Below, in pieces: positions 8,667 to 18,600 of a stretch of 64,000 nucleotides of DNA. Made by a program: the position numbers and the translations under genes. A model generated the notes under the pieces. It worked only from the letters and a program-made list of their open reading frames with translations. It was not told the origin of the DNA and did no database searches. Origin of the DNA: an uncultured Candidatus Binatia bacterium (GTDB lineage Bacteria; Desulfobacterota; Binatia; UBA9968; JAJDTQ01); NCBI GenBank assembly GCA_965215605.1, contig OZ244070.1, forward strand, positions 864,001 through 928,000, written 5' to 3'. Within the stretch, counting starts at the first letter, position 1, and every line of letters begins with the position of its first letter.

Positions 8667-9590
8667 TCAGGCAGCCACCTTCTGGACCGGGATGCCGAGC
8701 TGCCTTGCCTTGTCGACGAGGTTGTCGGTGATGCCGCTGCCGGGGAACGCGATCACGCCCTTGGGCAGGAGGTTGAGGAGGTCGTCGTTGCGGCGGAAGG
8801 GAGCGGCCCGTCCGTGGCGGTCCCAGTCGGGCTTGCACACGACCTGGTGGACGCCGCGTTGCTCGGCCCAACTTGCCGCGATGCGCTCGACGCCGGGGCC
8901 GCCGCCGTGGACCAGCACCATGTCGGTGTACTTGGCACGGACCTTGTCGAGGCGCTGGAAGACCGCGGCGGGCTCGCCCACGTCCTTGCCTCCGGTGACC
9001 GCGACCAGGGTTCCCTCGGGCAGGTGGGCCTGGGTCTTGCGGTCCTTGCGTGCGCGCATGAAGTCACGGGCATTGATGGCAGCGGAGGTGAGCTTGCCGG
9101 TCTGGCTGGTGTGGGAGCCTGAGCGGGGCCGCCAGATGTTGCCGGTCTGGAGCTGGTAGTCGTGGGCTGCGGCGTCGCGCATCTTCTCGAAGGCGTCGCG
9201 GCGGGCGGTGAGGTTCTGCGCCCGGTCGGTGATGAGTTCGAGCTCGCGGGACTTGATCTCGGAGCCGTCCTGCTCGCGCTGGAGGTCGCGGAGGTCGGGC
9301 ATGAGGCGGTCTGCGGAGCGGTCGAGGCGCTGTGTCTGAGCGTCGAGCATGTTGACGAAGCCCCAGAGCAGGCTTTCGCGTTCGTCGGCGAGCTGAGTGC
9401 CGTCGGGGCCGATGCCGTCCGCGAGGAGCTCGAAGGCAGCGCGGACCGCGTCGACGGCGTCGTTCTCGTCCCAGACGTCCCTGGAATCGAATTCGTCGGG
9501 CTCGGGGGTGAGTCCGAAGGTCCGAGCATGCTCACAAGCCATGTCCATGATGGATTGACCCTGGTCGGGGATGTTGTCGATGCTGGTCAT
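8667..9590 (-). CDS. DUF2493 / YspA-like SLOG domain protein
   Basis: VAVTGG, LVHGGGPG, PDWDRHGRAAPFRRND, AFPGSGIT; RBS GGAGG. Confidence 0.8.
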   Translation of the reverse strand: MTSIDNIPDQGQSIMDMACEHARTFGLTPEPDEFDSRDVWDENDAVDAVRAAFELLADGIGPDGTQLADERESLLWGFVNMLDAQTQRLDRSADRLMPDLRDLQREQDGSEIKSRELELITDRAQNLTARRDAFEKMRDAAAHDYQLQTGNIWRPRSGSHTSQTGKLTSAAINARDFMRARKDRKTQAHLPEGTLVAVTGGKDVGEPAAVFQRLDKVRAKYTDMVLVHGGGPGVERIAASWAEQRGVHQVVCKPDWDRHGRAAPFRRNDDLLNLLPKGVIAFPGSGITDNLVDKARQLGIPVQKVAA

Positions 9591-9888
9591 GATGACCTCC
9601 TCTCGTGTTAAGGACCTTGCGGCCCGTGACTGGGGCTCGTCCACCCCGAAGTGATGTCCCTTCTTTTCACGCGCGCGCAACGTAGCCACCGGGCGTAGCC
9701 CGGCCGGAACGGAGCGAAGCGGAGAGGAGGACCCCTTCAGGGGTTGGCGCAGGGAGCACGTGTGACAAGATGGGAGATCACGTCGGGGAGGACTTTGTGT
9801 GGATACGGCGCCGTCCCCCTTGAAGCTCAAACTTTCCTTGGAAGACCCAACGGCGAACTGACTGCGGGAGAGAAGGCCGCGGCGGCCA

Positions 9889-10119
9889 TCACGGCCAGAG
9901 GGGATGGGAATCGAGGAGGCGCTGGGCGACGTCCCGGATGCTGCTGCGGTCGTGCACGCGCCGGAATCCACGGGGATCTTCATGGATGTGCACGACGTAG
10001 AAGACACGGCCGGGGGCGAGGATGTCGTCGTGGCGGTAGACGCCGCCGACATGCTCGCCGTCGGCGTAGATGCGGGACTCGTGCGGGGTGAGCCGCTTGA
10101 AGGTGACGCAGACCATCAT
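9889..10119 (-). CDS. Small hypothetical protein (76 aa)
   Basis: RBS AGGAGGAG; start overlaps the DUF4326 stop. Confidence 0.6.
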   Translation of the reverse strand: MMVCVTFKRLTPHESRIYADGEHVGGVYRHDDILAPGRVFYVVHIHEDPRGFRRVHDRSSIRDVAQRLLDSHPLWP

Positions 10120-10475
10120 GCACTCCTCCTTTCGGCCAGGACGGACGCGGCCCAGGCGGCGGCGCGGGCGAGTACGTGTGCGTGGCAGGGCAAGGGATGG
10201 CACCAGCAGGCGAGGCTCTTGCTGTTGAGCTGGGCGAGATCGTGGAGGGAAATGGAGCCGATGCGGATGCGCCGCCAGAGAAGGAGACGGTAGAGGGTGA
10301 TGATTTCCTCGCGGGTTCCATGGGCGCCGAGGCGGAATGGGTTGCCCCACTTGGAGCGGCGATCGACGAGGGCGACGTTGTCGAGCACTCGGGTGCCGAG
10401 GTTGTGGTTCGTGGGGGCGCGTTTGAGCAACTCGTGGAGTTCGGGTTCGTGCCTCAGGTTGATGACGGTATCCAT
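10116..10475 (-). CDS. DUF4326 domain protein
   Basis: RRSKWGNPF...LACWCHPLPCHAHVL. Confidence 0.85.
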   Translation of the reverse strand: MDTVINLRHEPELHELLKRAPTNHNLGTRVLDNVALVDRRSKWGNPFRLGAHGTREEIITLYRLLLWRRIRIGSISLHDLAQLNSKSLACWCHPLPCHAHVLARAAAWAASVLAERRSA

Positions 10476-11515
10476 ACTCCCTCTCCTTCCATCAAGACTT
10501 TGCCCGCTCCGGGCCGCTCTCCCCGGACTCCCGGGCGGAAGAGCGGGCGGAGCCTTGCGGCGAGGACGGCGGCGCCGAGCGAAGCGAGGTCGTCGTTGAA
10601 GTCGCCGCCTTCCGGAACGATGACCGCGGCCGCGACGCCCGCCCGCGCGCAGCGCCGGGCGAGGCGTTCGGCGGCCCATGCGCCCTCGAAGTCGTTGTCG
10701 CGGGCGATGACGACGCGGCGGCAGGCGGGCGGAGGTGAGAAAGCGCCGAGGCTGCCGGCGGAGAGGGCGGCGGCCGCAATGATCTCAGGCACCGCGGTGA
10801 CGAGCGACAGCACGGTCTCGATGCCTTCGCCGACGAGGAGCGGAGCGACGCCGCCGGCGGGCATGCCGAAACGCACGGCGAGGCCGTAGATGCGGCCGAG
10901 GGCCTTCCTGGGCGAGGCGACGTCGGCCTTGGCGGGACGGCCGGGATCGAGCCAGGTGCGGTGCACGCCGCGGACGGCGCCGTCGTCGCCGGTCACGGCG
11001 GCGACCAGCGCCGGCAGGCGGATGACGGAGGAGCCTTCGCGGTAGCGAAGCTCGGGGTGGAAGCGGAGCGCCGGGAACCGGCAGCGCGCGAGGCCGCGGG
11101 CGCGGAGATAGGCTTCGGCGTGTGTGCCGTCCACGGCGCGGCAACCGCGCCACAGGCGGCGCGCCGCCTGTGCGGCGTCGTAGTCGCCTGCATCGCCCGC
11201 GGCCGGCGAAGCCGGCAGGGCGAGGAAGGCGCGGGCCTCGTCGAGCGCCGCGCGGAGCGTCGGCGCGCCCGTGCGGTGGCGGATGAGGTCGAGCAGATCG
11301 CCGTGGCTGCCCACGGCCGCATCGGTCCACTTCCCGGGCGTGCCGGGACCGTGCAGGCGGACGAAGAGGGAGCGGCCTCGGGCGTCGTCGAGGTCGCCCG
11401 CGACCCAGTAACGGCCCTGGCGGCGGCCGTGGGGGAGGTAGCGTTGGCAGACCTCTTCGGCGCGCTCGGCAAGCGCGGCGGCGACGGCGGAGGCGGGGGA
11501 CGGAGCGTAGTGCAT
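10454..11515 (-). CDS. Toprim-domain primase-like protein
   Basis: GKWTDAA, YLRARGL, GVHRTWL, VGEGIET, IARDND. Confidence 0.8.
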   Translation of the reverse strand: MHYAPSPASAVAAALAERAEEVCQRYLPHGRRQGRYWVAGDLDDARGRSLFVRLHGPGTPGKWTDAAVGSHGDLLDLIRHRTGAPTLRAALDEARAFLALPASPAAGDAGDYDAAQAARRLWRGCRAVDGTHAEAYLRARGLARCRFPALRFHPELRYREGSSVIRLPALVAAVTGDDGAVRGVHRTWLDPGRPAKADVASPRKALGRIYGLAVRFGMPAGGVAPLLVGEGIETVLSLVTAVPEIIAAAALSAGSLGAFSPPPACRRVVIARDNDFEGAWAAERLARRCARAGVAAAVIVPEGGDFNDDLASLGAAVLAARLRPLFRPGVRGERPGAGKVLMEGEGVWIPSST

Positions 11516-11630
11516 GGCGGCTCTCCTTCGGGGAACGGGACGCCCGGCGCCGCCCGGCGCCGGAGGGCGAGCGGGCCGAGCGAAGCGAAGGCACGAAGCC
11601 CGGAGGCGCTTGCTTTGGACGGCCAGCACG

Positions 11631-11662
11631 AAAAAAGGGCCGACGCACGAGGCGCCGGCCCT
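11631..11662 (-). terminator. Intrinsic terminator after ssb
   Basis: Minus strand AGGGCCGGCGC...GCGTCGGCCC-T6. Confidence 0.6.
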
Positions 11663-11691
11663 GGGTGGGAGGAAAGGGAGGTGGAGGAGTC

Positions 11692-12132
11692 CTAGAACGG
11701 GATGCCGTCGTCGACATCCGCCTGCGGCGCGGCCGCGGTGTCCGGCATCGCGGCGTCGGCCGGGGCCGGGGCGCCGTTGCCGTTCGGCTTGTCGAGGAAC
11801 TGCACCCGGCCGCCCGGGACCAGCAGGATCTCGGTCGAGTAGCGGTCGCTGTCCTCGCCGGGCTTGGACCAGCGCCGGGTCTGGAGCTTGCCGTCGACGT
11901 AGACCAGCCGCCCCTTGCGGGCGTGCTTCTCGAACATGTTGACGAGGCCGTCCTGGAAGGTCACCACCCGGTGCCATTCGGTCTTGTCGACCTTCTCGCC
12001 GGTCTTGTTGATGTACGACTCGTCGGTGGCGATGCTGAGGTTGGCGACGCGGCCTCCGCTGGACAGGTGATTGACGGTGACGTCGGCGCCGAGGCGGCCG
12101 ATCAGTTCTACGCGATTCAGTCCGAAGCTCAT
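11692..12132 (-). CDS. ssb: Single-stranded DNA-binding protein
   Basis: LNRVELIGRLGAD, TEWHRVV, C-terminal DDGIPF. Confidence 0.95.
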   Translation of the reverse strand: MSFGLNRVELIGRLGADVTVNHLSSGGRVANLSIATDESYINKTGEKVDKTEWHRVVTFQDGLVNMFEKHARKGRLVYVDGKLQTRRWSKPGEDSDRYSTEILLVPGGRVQFLDKPNGNGAPAPADAAMPDTAAAPQADVDDGIPF

Positions 12133-12225
12133 GAGGTTCTCCTTCCTGTGCTGGTTAGTGACGATGGTCTGCGAACGTCCAGGGACCGGGGTCCTCCCTC
12201 CCCGGCCCCCTTCCGTTCACCTCTC

Positions 12226-12375
12226 TCAAGCCCCCCTCTCACTCCACCGGTCCGGACAGCTCCGGGCGTGGTCGTCGTCGATGACGTCCTGGACGGCGCC
12301 GGGGTCGAGCCGGATCTCGGCCAGCACGTCGCTGCCAGTCGGGGTTTCTGCGATGTCGAAGTCGATGCCAGACAT
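12226..12375 (-). CDS. Small acidic protein (49 aa)
   Basis: RBS AAGGAGG then MSGIDFDIAETPTGSDVLAEIRLDPGAVQDVIDDDHARSCPDRWSERGA*; below the ORF-track cutoff. Confidence 0.5.
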   Translation of the reverse strand: MSGIDFDIAETPTGSDVLAEIRLDPGAVQDVIDDDHARSCPDRWSERGA

Positions 12376-12477
12376 GTCTGCGTCCTCCTTGGCTGCCTGC
12401 CTTCCCGGAGTGCGTGAGGGAGACCGCCTCCCTCTCCCCTTCCGGGCCTTCGCCCCGGTGGACGCCTTTCTCCGGCT

Positions 12478-13011
12478 CTATGGAGAGGACCGGGTCCGGC
12501 GGATGGCCAGGAGGCGCTCGCAGACCGCACGCGGCGGCATCGCGCCCAGGTTCAGCACGGGGATGCCGGCCTCCATTGCCATGCGGATCGCCATCCCGGT
12601 GCCTCCGGTGATGGCTCCCCCCGGCGTCCAGGCCACCACGGCATCCACGGAACGGCCGAGACCGACTCCGAGGATGGCTGCGTTCCTGGCATGGAGCTTT
12701 CGGACGGCGGGCGAGCAGCGGTCCCAGGCGGGATGCAGGCGGGCGGCGATGGTCATGCAGGACTCGAGCTCGGACGGCGACGGCGCCCGGCAGTCCGGAC
12801 CCGCGCAGCCGTTGTAGCCGGGCCAGGGCAGGTACAGGGTCCGTTGGGCGGCCGGCGCGCCTTCGGCAAACGCACTGTCGGCTCCGGCCGCGCCGCCGCT
12901 GTTGAGATGCCATCCCTGCCGCGCGAGCCATCCGGCCATCACGGTCATGGCGGTCAGGACGGATGGCGGCGTCTTGCGGGCTCCGATGCCGGCATAGGTC
13001 AAGGTGGTCAT
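12478..13011 (-). CDS. DprA-like SLOG domain protein
   Basis: YAGIGARKTP, SGGAAGADSAF, LHARN, GGTGMAI. Confidence 0.8.
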   Translation of the reverse strand: MTTLTYAGIGARKTPPSVLTAMTVMAGWLARQGWHLNSGGAAGADSAFAEGAPAAQRTLYLPWPGYNGCAGPDCRAPSPSELESCMTIAARLHPAWDRCSPAVRKLHARNAAILGVGLGRSVDAVVAWTPGGAITGGTGMAIRMAMEAGIPVLNLGAMPPRAVCERLLAIRRTRSSP

Positions 13012-13426
13012 GTCAGGATCCTCCCCGGTTGGTGGTTCGAGGCGCCTCTCTCTCCGGGCGCGTCTCTCACCCGCCTCCCGCTGTCCTCGAACGCTGGCCG
13101 GCAGGACGTCCGGGCGGACTTGAGACGGCGCCGGGATTCGGGCCGGGCGACGTGGAAGACCGGGGATTGATGGCGCGGCGGGGACTCGCCGTCGTTGGCG
13201 GTCGGGCTGCCCGGCGCGGCGGCCGTCGCAATCTACGCCGTGGCGCCCAGCTTGCCGGCGGATGGTCCGGCGGCGGCCTTCACCCTTGAGGCGCGGCTAC
13301 AAGGCCGTGGTATTCGCGCGGCGCGGTTATGGGCAGGATGTCAACCCCTCTGTGCTTGAAAATGGTTGAAGATCCCCGTAAGGTTATCTATAGGCGGGCT
13401 CGGACAGAACTCTCAGGGGGCGACCT

Positions 13427-13936
13427 ATGGAAGACACGACAAAGGTTCCCGCTGACCCCATCATGCCTATACATATACTCGCTGCGGCCCGTTACCTCGT
13501 AGAAGCTTCTGGTTGTGCCTTGTCGAATCTGGCGCTTCAGAAAATCCTCTATATCGCCAACATGTTCCACTTGGGTCGCTACGAATACCCACTGGTCTCG
13601 GGACATTTTGAAGCATGGGACTATGGTCCTGTCCATCCGGTGCTTTACCACAAGGTGAAGCGCTTCGGGGCCGACCCGGTAACGGAAATCGAATATCCCT
13701 TGACAATTAAAGAAGAGACCCACCAAGAATTACTTGATGAAGCATTGGATGCGCTGGGACAACAAAGTGGCGCACAACTCATCTCGGTAACTCACTGGAA
13801 GGAGGGGGCGTGGGCCAAGAACTATGCACCAGGCGAAAACGCCCGCATTTCAGATGGCGACATCCTCGAAGAGTACAACAAGCGGGCGGAAATCGCCGAG
13901 GAAAACAGCAGGGAAAGGGCCGACCGAAACACCTAG
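13427..13936 (+). CDS. Panacea (SocA/DUF4065) antitoxin
   Basis: LSNLALQKILY, FEAWDYGPV, LISVTH..GAW; lower GC. Confidence 0.85.
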   Translation: MEDTTKVPADPIMPIHILAAARYLVEASGCALSNLALQKILYIANMFHLGRYEYPLVSGHFEAWDYGPVHPVLYHKVKRFGADPVTEIEYPLTIKEETHQELLDEALDALGQQSGAQLISVTHWKEGAWAKNYAPGENARISDGDILEEYNKRAEIAEENSRERADRNT

Positions 13937-14222
13937 CATCAATGCTGCAACGACAAGTCTCAACATTCCCGGACCCGTAGAGCAATCCTTCAATCTCATG
14001 TTGGAACAGGCGATCCGGCACGAAAGTAGAATCTCCGCACTGGAAAAGGGCGGGGAACATTTCGCAACAAAGGAAGCGCTTGCCCAACTTGAATCGAAGC
14101 TACTGACACGCGTTAACTGGGCCTTAGTCATTCTCCTGGTCACAATCGTTGGAGCCGTACTTAGGTTCTGGCTCTGGGGCGATGTCGGGAACCCTACCCT
14201 TGCCGATCCGCCTTCGTCCTGA
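13853..14222 (+). CDS. Coiled-coil plus TM protein, putative Panacea-paired toxin (start uncertain)
   Basis: RISALEK..FATKEALAQLE followed by hydrophobic WALVILLVTIVGAVL; overlaps the antitoxin 3' end. Confidence 0.5.
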
Positions 14223-14347
14223 GTTCAAACCCTCCCTGGGTAAACTGCTATATAATTCCCATTTTTTGCGCCAACCGCCCAGGCGTGGATCCAGTCGTAG
14301 GCCGGCCGGCTGCGCAGCAAGAGTCGGCTGGAATCGACGCCTGCCGC

Positions 14348-15130
14348 CTACTCGCAGACGATCCCGTCGCGGTCCCGGTCATTCATGAAGGGGTACGCCG
14401 GGTGGCCGCGGCGAACCGGGGCAATGCCGTGGCGGCGCGCTTCCTTGCAGGTGATCCGGCCGTTGCGGTTGTCGTCCCAGCGGCGAAGGGCTTCGCGGGA
14501 GGGAGGGCGGCTCATCCGGGAAGGCGGCCGGGTCACCCGGGACGGAGGGCGTGGCGCGGACGGCCGGCTCGTGAAGACCATTTCCGTGGAGTTGCAGCCG
14601 GAGAGCACCCGGTCGAGGGCGGCGGCTTCCCGGCGGTCTATGGTGAGCCGGTACTTGCGCCGGACGTCCAGGACCCGGCCGGCGAACCAGCATCGGTTGA
14701 TCGGCGGCAGCCACCCGGCGGCGTCATGAGCGCATTTCCCCTTCGGTCCACACCGGTTCACCGCCGGCGCCGCGAGAGTGATGTTCAAGGGATCGCGGGC
14801 AAAGGTTCTCTTCGTGGCGGAATCCGCCCGGCAGAGCCCGCTGTCGTGCGCTTCGGACCTCGCAACGATGTGCTCGATGTCGGTCTTGCGGCGGCTGGAG
14901 AAGTAGCGGCCGGTGTACGGGCCGTAGACCTTGCCCCCCATTCCAGCGATGATCCGGAGCTCCACCGCCTGCGGGTAGGGATAGTCCCTGGGCCGGTACG
15001 GAGCACAGCGGTGCTCCGGGGCGAGCGTCAGGCCGCGCCACTCCTCGGCGCCCAGACCGTGCGCTGCAACGCCCATGTCGAGACAACCGGCAAACAGAAC
15101 GCAACGGAGAACGAACCGGCTTCGATTCAT
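14348..15130 (-). CDS. Secreted HNH (DUF1524-like) nuclease with Excalibur Ca-binding domain
   Basis: Signal peptide; DIEHIVARSEAH, DPLNITLA..VN; C-terminal DRDRDGIVCE. Confidence 0.8.
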   Translation of the reverse strand: MNRSRFVLRCVLFAGCLDMGVAAHGLGAEEWRGLTLAPEHRCAPYRPRDYPYPQAVELRIIAGMGGKVYGPYTGRYFSSRRKTDIEHIVARSEAHDSGLCRADSATKRTFARDPLNITLAAPAVNRCGPKGKCAHDAAGWLPPINRCWFAGRVLDVRRKYRLTIDRREAAALDRVLSGCNSTEMVFTSRPSAPRPPSRVTRPPSRMSRPPSREALRRWDDNRNGRITCKEARRHGIAPVRRGHPAYPFMNDRDRDGIVCE

Positions 15131-15195
15131 TGCGCCTCCTTCATGCAGACGGCGGCAGGAACAGGATGTCCTCCGGGTTGCCGCCGAGGTCCTGT

Positions 15196-15510
15196 CTAGC
15201 ACGTCCTGCCGTTCCGGTTGAGCCGCCGGCCAGCGTCCGGTTCAGTCCGGGATTCGTGGCCGTTCTCCGGGGCCTCGGTGCGCATGGAGCGGGCGGCGAG
15301 CGCGGTCCAGTCTTCTCTTGAATGTCCGAGCCGGGCGTTCAGGCGGTCGCACAACCGCTCGGCATCGTCGACCGTCAAGGCGACGAGAGCGGTCGGCACG
15401 TAGCCTTGCAGGCCCTCGAAAACGATGCGGATCTGCTGCGGGTCGTCGCCCAGGTCGTAGCTTGGGCAGAACGCGTAGTTCGGGTCGTCGGGCAGGTTCT
15501 GTGCGGTCAT
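15196..15510 (-). CDS. Hypothetical protein (104 aa)
   Basis: RBS GAGGAG; high-GC codon pattern; in the leading-region gene train. Confidence 0.6.
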   Translation of the reverse strand: MTAQNLPDDPNYAFCPSYDLGDDPQQIRIVFEGLQGYVPTALVALTVDDAERLCDRLNARLGHSREDWTALAARSMRTEAPENGHESRTEPDAGRRLNRNGRTC

Positions 15511-15651
15511 GGCAATGCTCCTCGGTTGAGTGAAACCCGCCGTCAGCGGGCCGGCGGTACGTACGCCGACGAGTTGACAGCGGGCGTGGACGGCGGCCGG
15601 CTCCTCCCGCGTTGCGGACGGCGGGCCGGCCATACGGATGACGCGACGGGC

Positions 15652-18600
15652 TCAGGCAGCGAGCGGCCAGCGTTGGATGACGCGTTCGAGGAGACCGGGG
15701 CCGGAGGCGAAGACGCGGGTGCGCCAGGAGATGATCTCGACCGTGCATCCCATGCGCTTCAGGACCCCGGTGTCGGAATCCGTGGGTCCCTCGATCTCGA
15801 CCCGGTCGGCGCCCATGATGCGGCGGCGCGCGAGGCGCCAGCCGTTGGCAAGGGCGAGCGCCGTGCCCCGTGCCATGACCTCCTCGAAGGCCTCGGCGCC
15901 AGTCATGGCGATACCGCCCGCAAGGCCGAACGCGGCCCGCACGGCGCGGACCTGTCCGGCGTCGAGCACGCGTCCGATCAGCGCCTCGCCGTCGTCGGTC
16001 AGAAGGCGCCGCACCCGCATGTTCTCGGAAGGCAGGCGGTCCCAGACCGGCAGCAGGAGCCCTGCCGCGAGCCAGAACCGGGACTCCTTGTGCGAAGGCA
16101 GGCCGGCCATCTCGCGGTCCCAGAGCGCTCGCCATTCGGCCTCGGCGGCCTTCCGCCAGTTCGAGGCGTGGAGTTCGGCCCTGGCCATCGGGTCCCGCAC
16201 CGCGGGGCGCAAGAGCCGGACGCGCTGCTGCACGCCGCCGTCGTCGAACATGCGGGACGGCGCCGGAAGCACGACCGCTGCGCGGTCCGACCTGTCGTTG
16301 ACCACCAGGACCGGACCGCCGTCCGTCTGTTCGCCGATACCGAGGGCCTCGTCCGCGGAAGTGGGCTCCAGCCTGTCGCGGCGCACGATCTCGATGAGCT
16401 CGGTGGCGGCTCCGGCGCCCGGATGCTCGTACAGCGCCTCCCGGCCGGCAACGGACAGGGAATCGGCGCGCACGGTCTCGACGCCGGCCTCGTAAGTTCC
16501 GGCCTCCATTGCCTGTTCGATGCCCGCGGCGATGCGGTCTTCGAGTTCAGCGAAGAGTTGGTTCTGTTCGTCGATGGGCAGGGCCAGGAGCCTGTTCAGG
16601 AAGCGCGGCATGGGCGGCAACTCCTCCTTGAGCGAGCCTGCCCAGGTGAGCTTCAGCCCGGTGGCGTCCTCGAAACGCCCCAGGGGCCAGTCCGGGATGT
16701 TGCCGCAAGAGAGCGCCAGGTAGAACCGCCTCAGGGCCGCCCTGGCGTAGACGCTTTCGAGGTTGTCGCTCTCGCGGAAGAGCGTTGCGTCCGAGCCGCC
16801 CATGGCGGTCTGTGAGTCGCGCTGCCCGCGGGTGATGGCGCCCAGGCTGTCGAGGCGCCGCGCGATGGTGGCGATGAACCTGCGCTCGCCCTTCACGTCC
16901 GTGGTCACCGGCCGGAAGAGCGGCGCCGAGGCCTGGTGCGTCCGGTGGGTGCGGCCGAGACCCTGGATCGCCTGGTCGGCGCGCCAGCCGGGCTCCAGCA
17001 GGTAGTGCACCCGGCGCTGGGTGTTGGCGGACGAGAGGTCGGCGTGGTAGCTCCGCCCGGTGCCGCCGGCCATGGAGAACACGAGGATGCGCTTGGTTCC
17101 TTCCATGAACGCCGCGGTCTCGGAGAGGTTGGCGGAGGCCGGCCGGCCGCGGAGCGCCAGGCGTTCGCTGTTTCCATCCGTAATCCTGAGCACCCGCCGG
17201 GATCGGCCCGTGACTTCCGCCACGGCCTCGTGGCCGAAGTGCTGGACTACCTGGTCGAGGGCCGAGGGCACCGGCGGCAGGGACGCGAGCTTCTCGATCA
17301 GCGCGTCGCGCTGCGCAAGCGCCTCCCGGCACAGGACCGGCCGGCCCTCGGCGTCCGTGGCGGGGCGGCTCATGAGGTTCCCGTCGCCGTCGGTGTAGGG
17401 TTCCTGTAGCTGTACGGGAAATGCGTGGGCGAGGAAGTCGAGGACGGCCTCGCGCGGCGTCAGGTCGATGCCCAGGTCGTCCCACTCCGAGGCCGGTATC
17501 TCGGCGATGCGGCGTTCCATCAAGGCCTCGCCGGTGGAAACGAGCTGGATGACGGAGGACCGGCCGGCGTCGAGGTCGGCCTCGATCGCGCGGATCAGCG
17601 AGGGGCACTTCATGGCTGTCAGGAGATGCCCGAAGAAGCGTTGCTTGGCGCCCTCGAAGGCGCTCAGCGCCGCTGACTTGGCGTTCCTGTTGAGGGTGGA
17701 ACCCTGCTGCACGATGCCCGTGGCCTCGAGCGCGTCCTCGATGTTGGCGTGGATGATCTTGAACGCCCCGGCATAGGAATCGTAGATGCGCCGCTGCTCC
17801 GGCGAGAGCTCGTGCACCAGGATGTCCACCTCGACGCCGTCATAGGCCAGCGCGCGCGCCTGGTAGAGACCCAGGGCCTTGAGGTCCCTGGCGACGACTT
17901 CCATGGCCGCGACCCCGCCGGCTTCCATGGCGGAGACGAAATCGCTCCGGCTCTCGAAGGGCGTCTCGGTCGCGCCCCAGAGCCCGAGACGGCCGGCGTA
18001 GGCAAGTCCCTGCACGGTGGTGGCGCCGGTGGCCGAGACGTAGGAGATCCGCGCGTCGGGCAACGCGTTCTGGAGCCGCAGGCCTGCGCGGCCCTGGGCC
18101 GACGGCTTCACGTCGCCGCGGGCGCCCTTCCCTCCCGCGGCGTTGGCCATGGCGTGGGCCTCGTCGAAGACGACGGCGCCGTCGAAGGCATGGCGGGCGT
18201 CCTCATCGAGGCCTCCGGCGAGCCAGCCGACGATCTGGTCGAGCCGCGAGGCGCGGCCCTGGCGGGACGGCGAGCGCAGCGTGGCGTAGGTGGCGAAAAG
18301 AATACCGGTGGAGCGCGGGATCTCCTGGCCCTGGCGGAAGTCTGCGAGCGGGATCAGGTCGTCCTCGCCCCCGCCCAGCGCGGTCCAGTCCCGGCGTGCG
18401 TCCTCCAGGAGCTTGTCGGACTGGCTTAGCCAGAGGGCCCGTTTCCGTCCGCGGAGCCAGCCGTCGAGGATGACGGCCGCCACCTGACGCCCCTTGCCGC
18501 AGCCCGTGCCGTCTCCCAGCATCCAGCCCCGGCGGAAACGGACCGGCGCCGACAGAATCTCGCCTTCGTCCGTGAGGGTGATGTCGCCGTCGTCTTCGTC

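Noticed and set aside
13337-14248. Direct repeats flanking the Panacea cassette (TCAAnCCCTC)
   Set aside because: Too short and degenerate to support a target duplication or att site.
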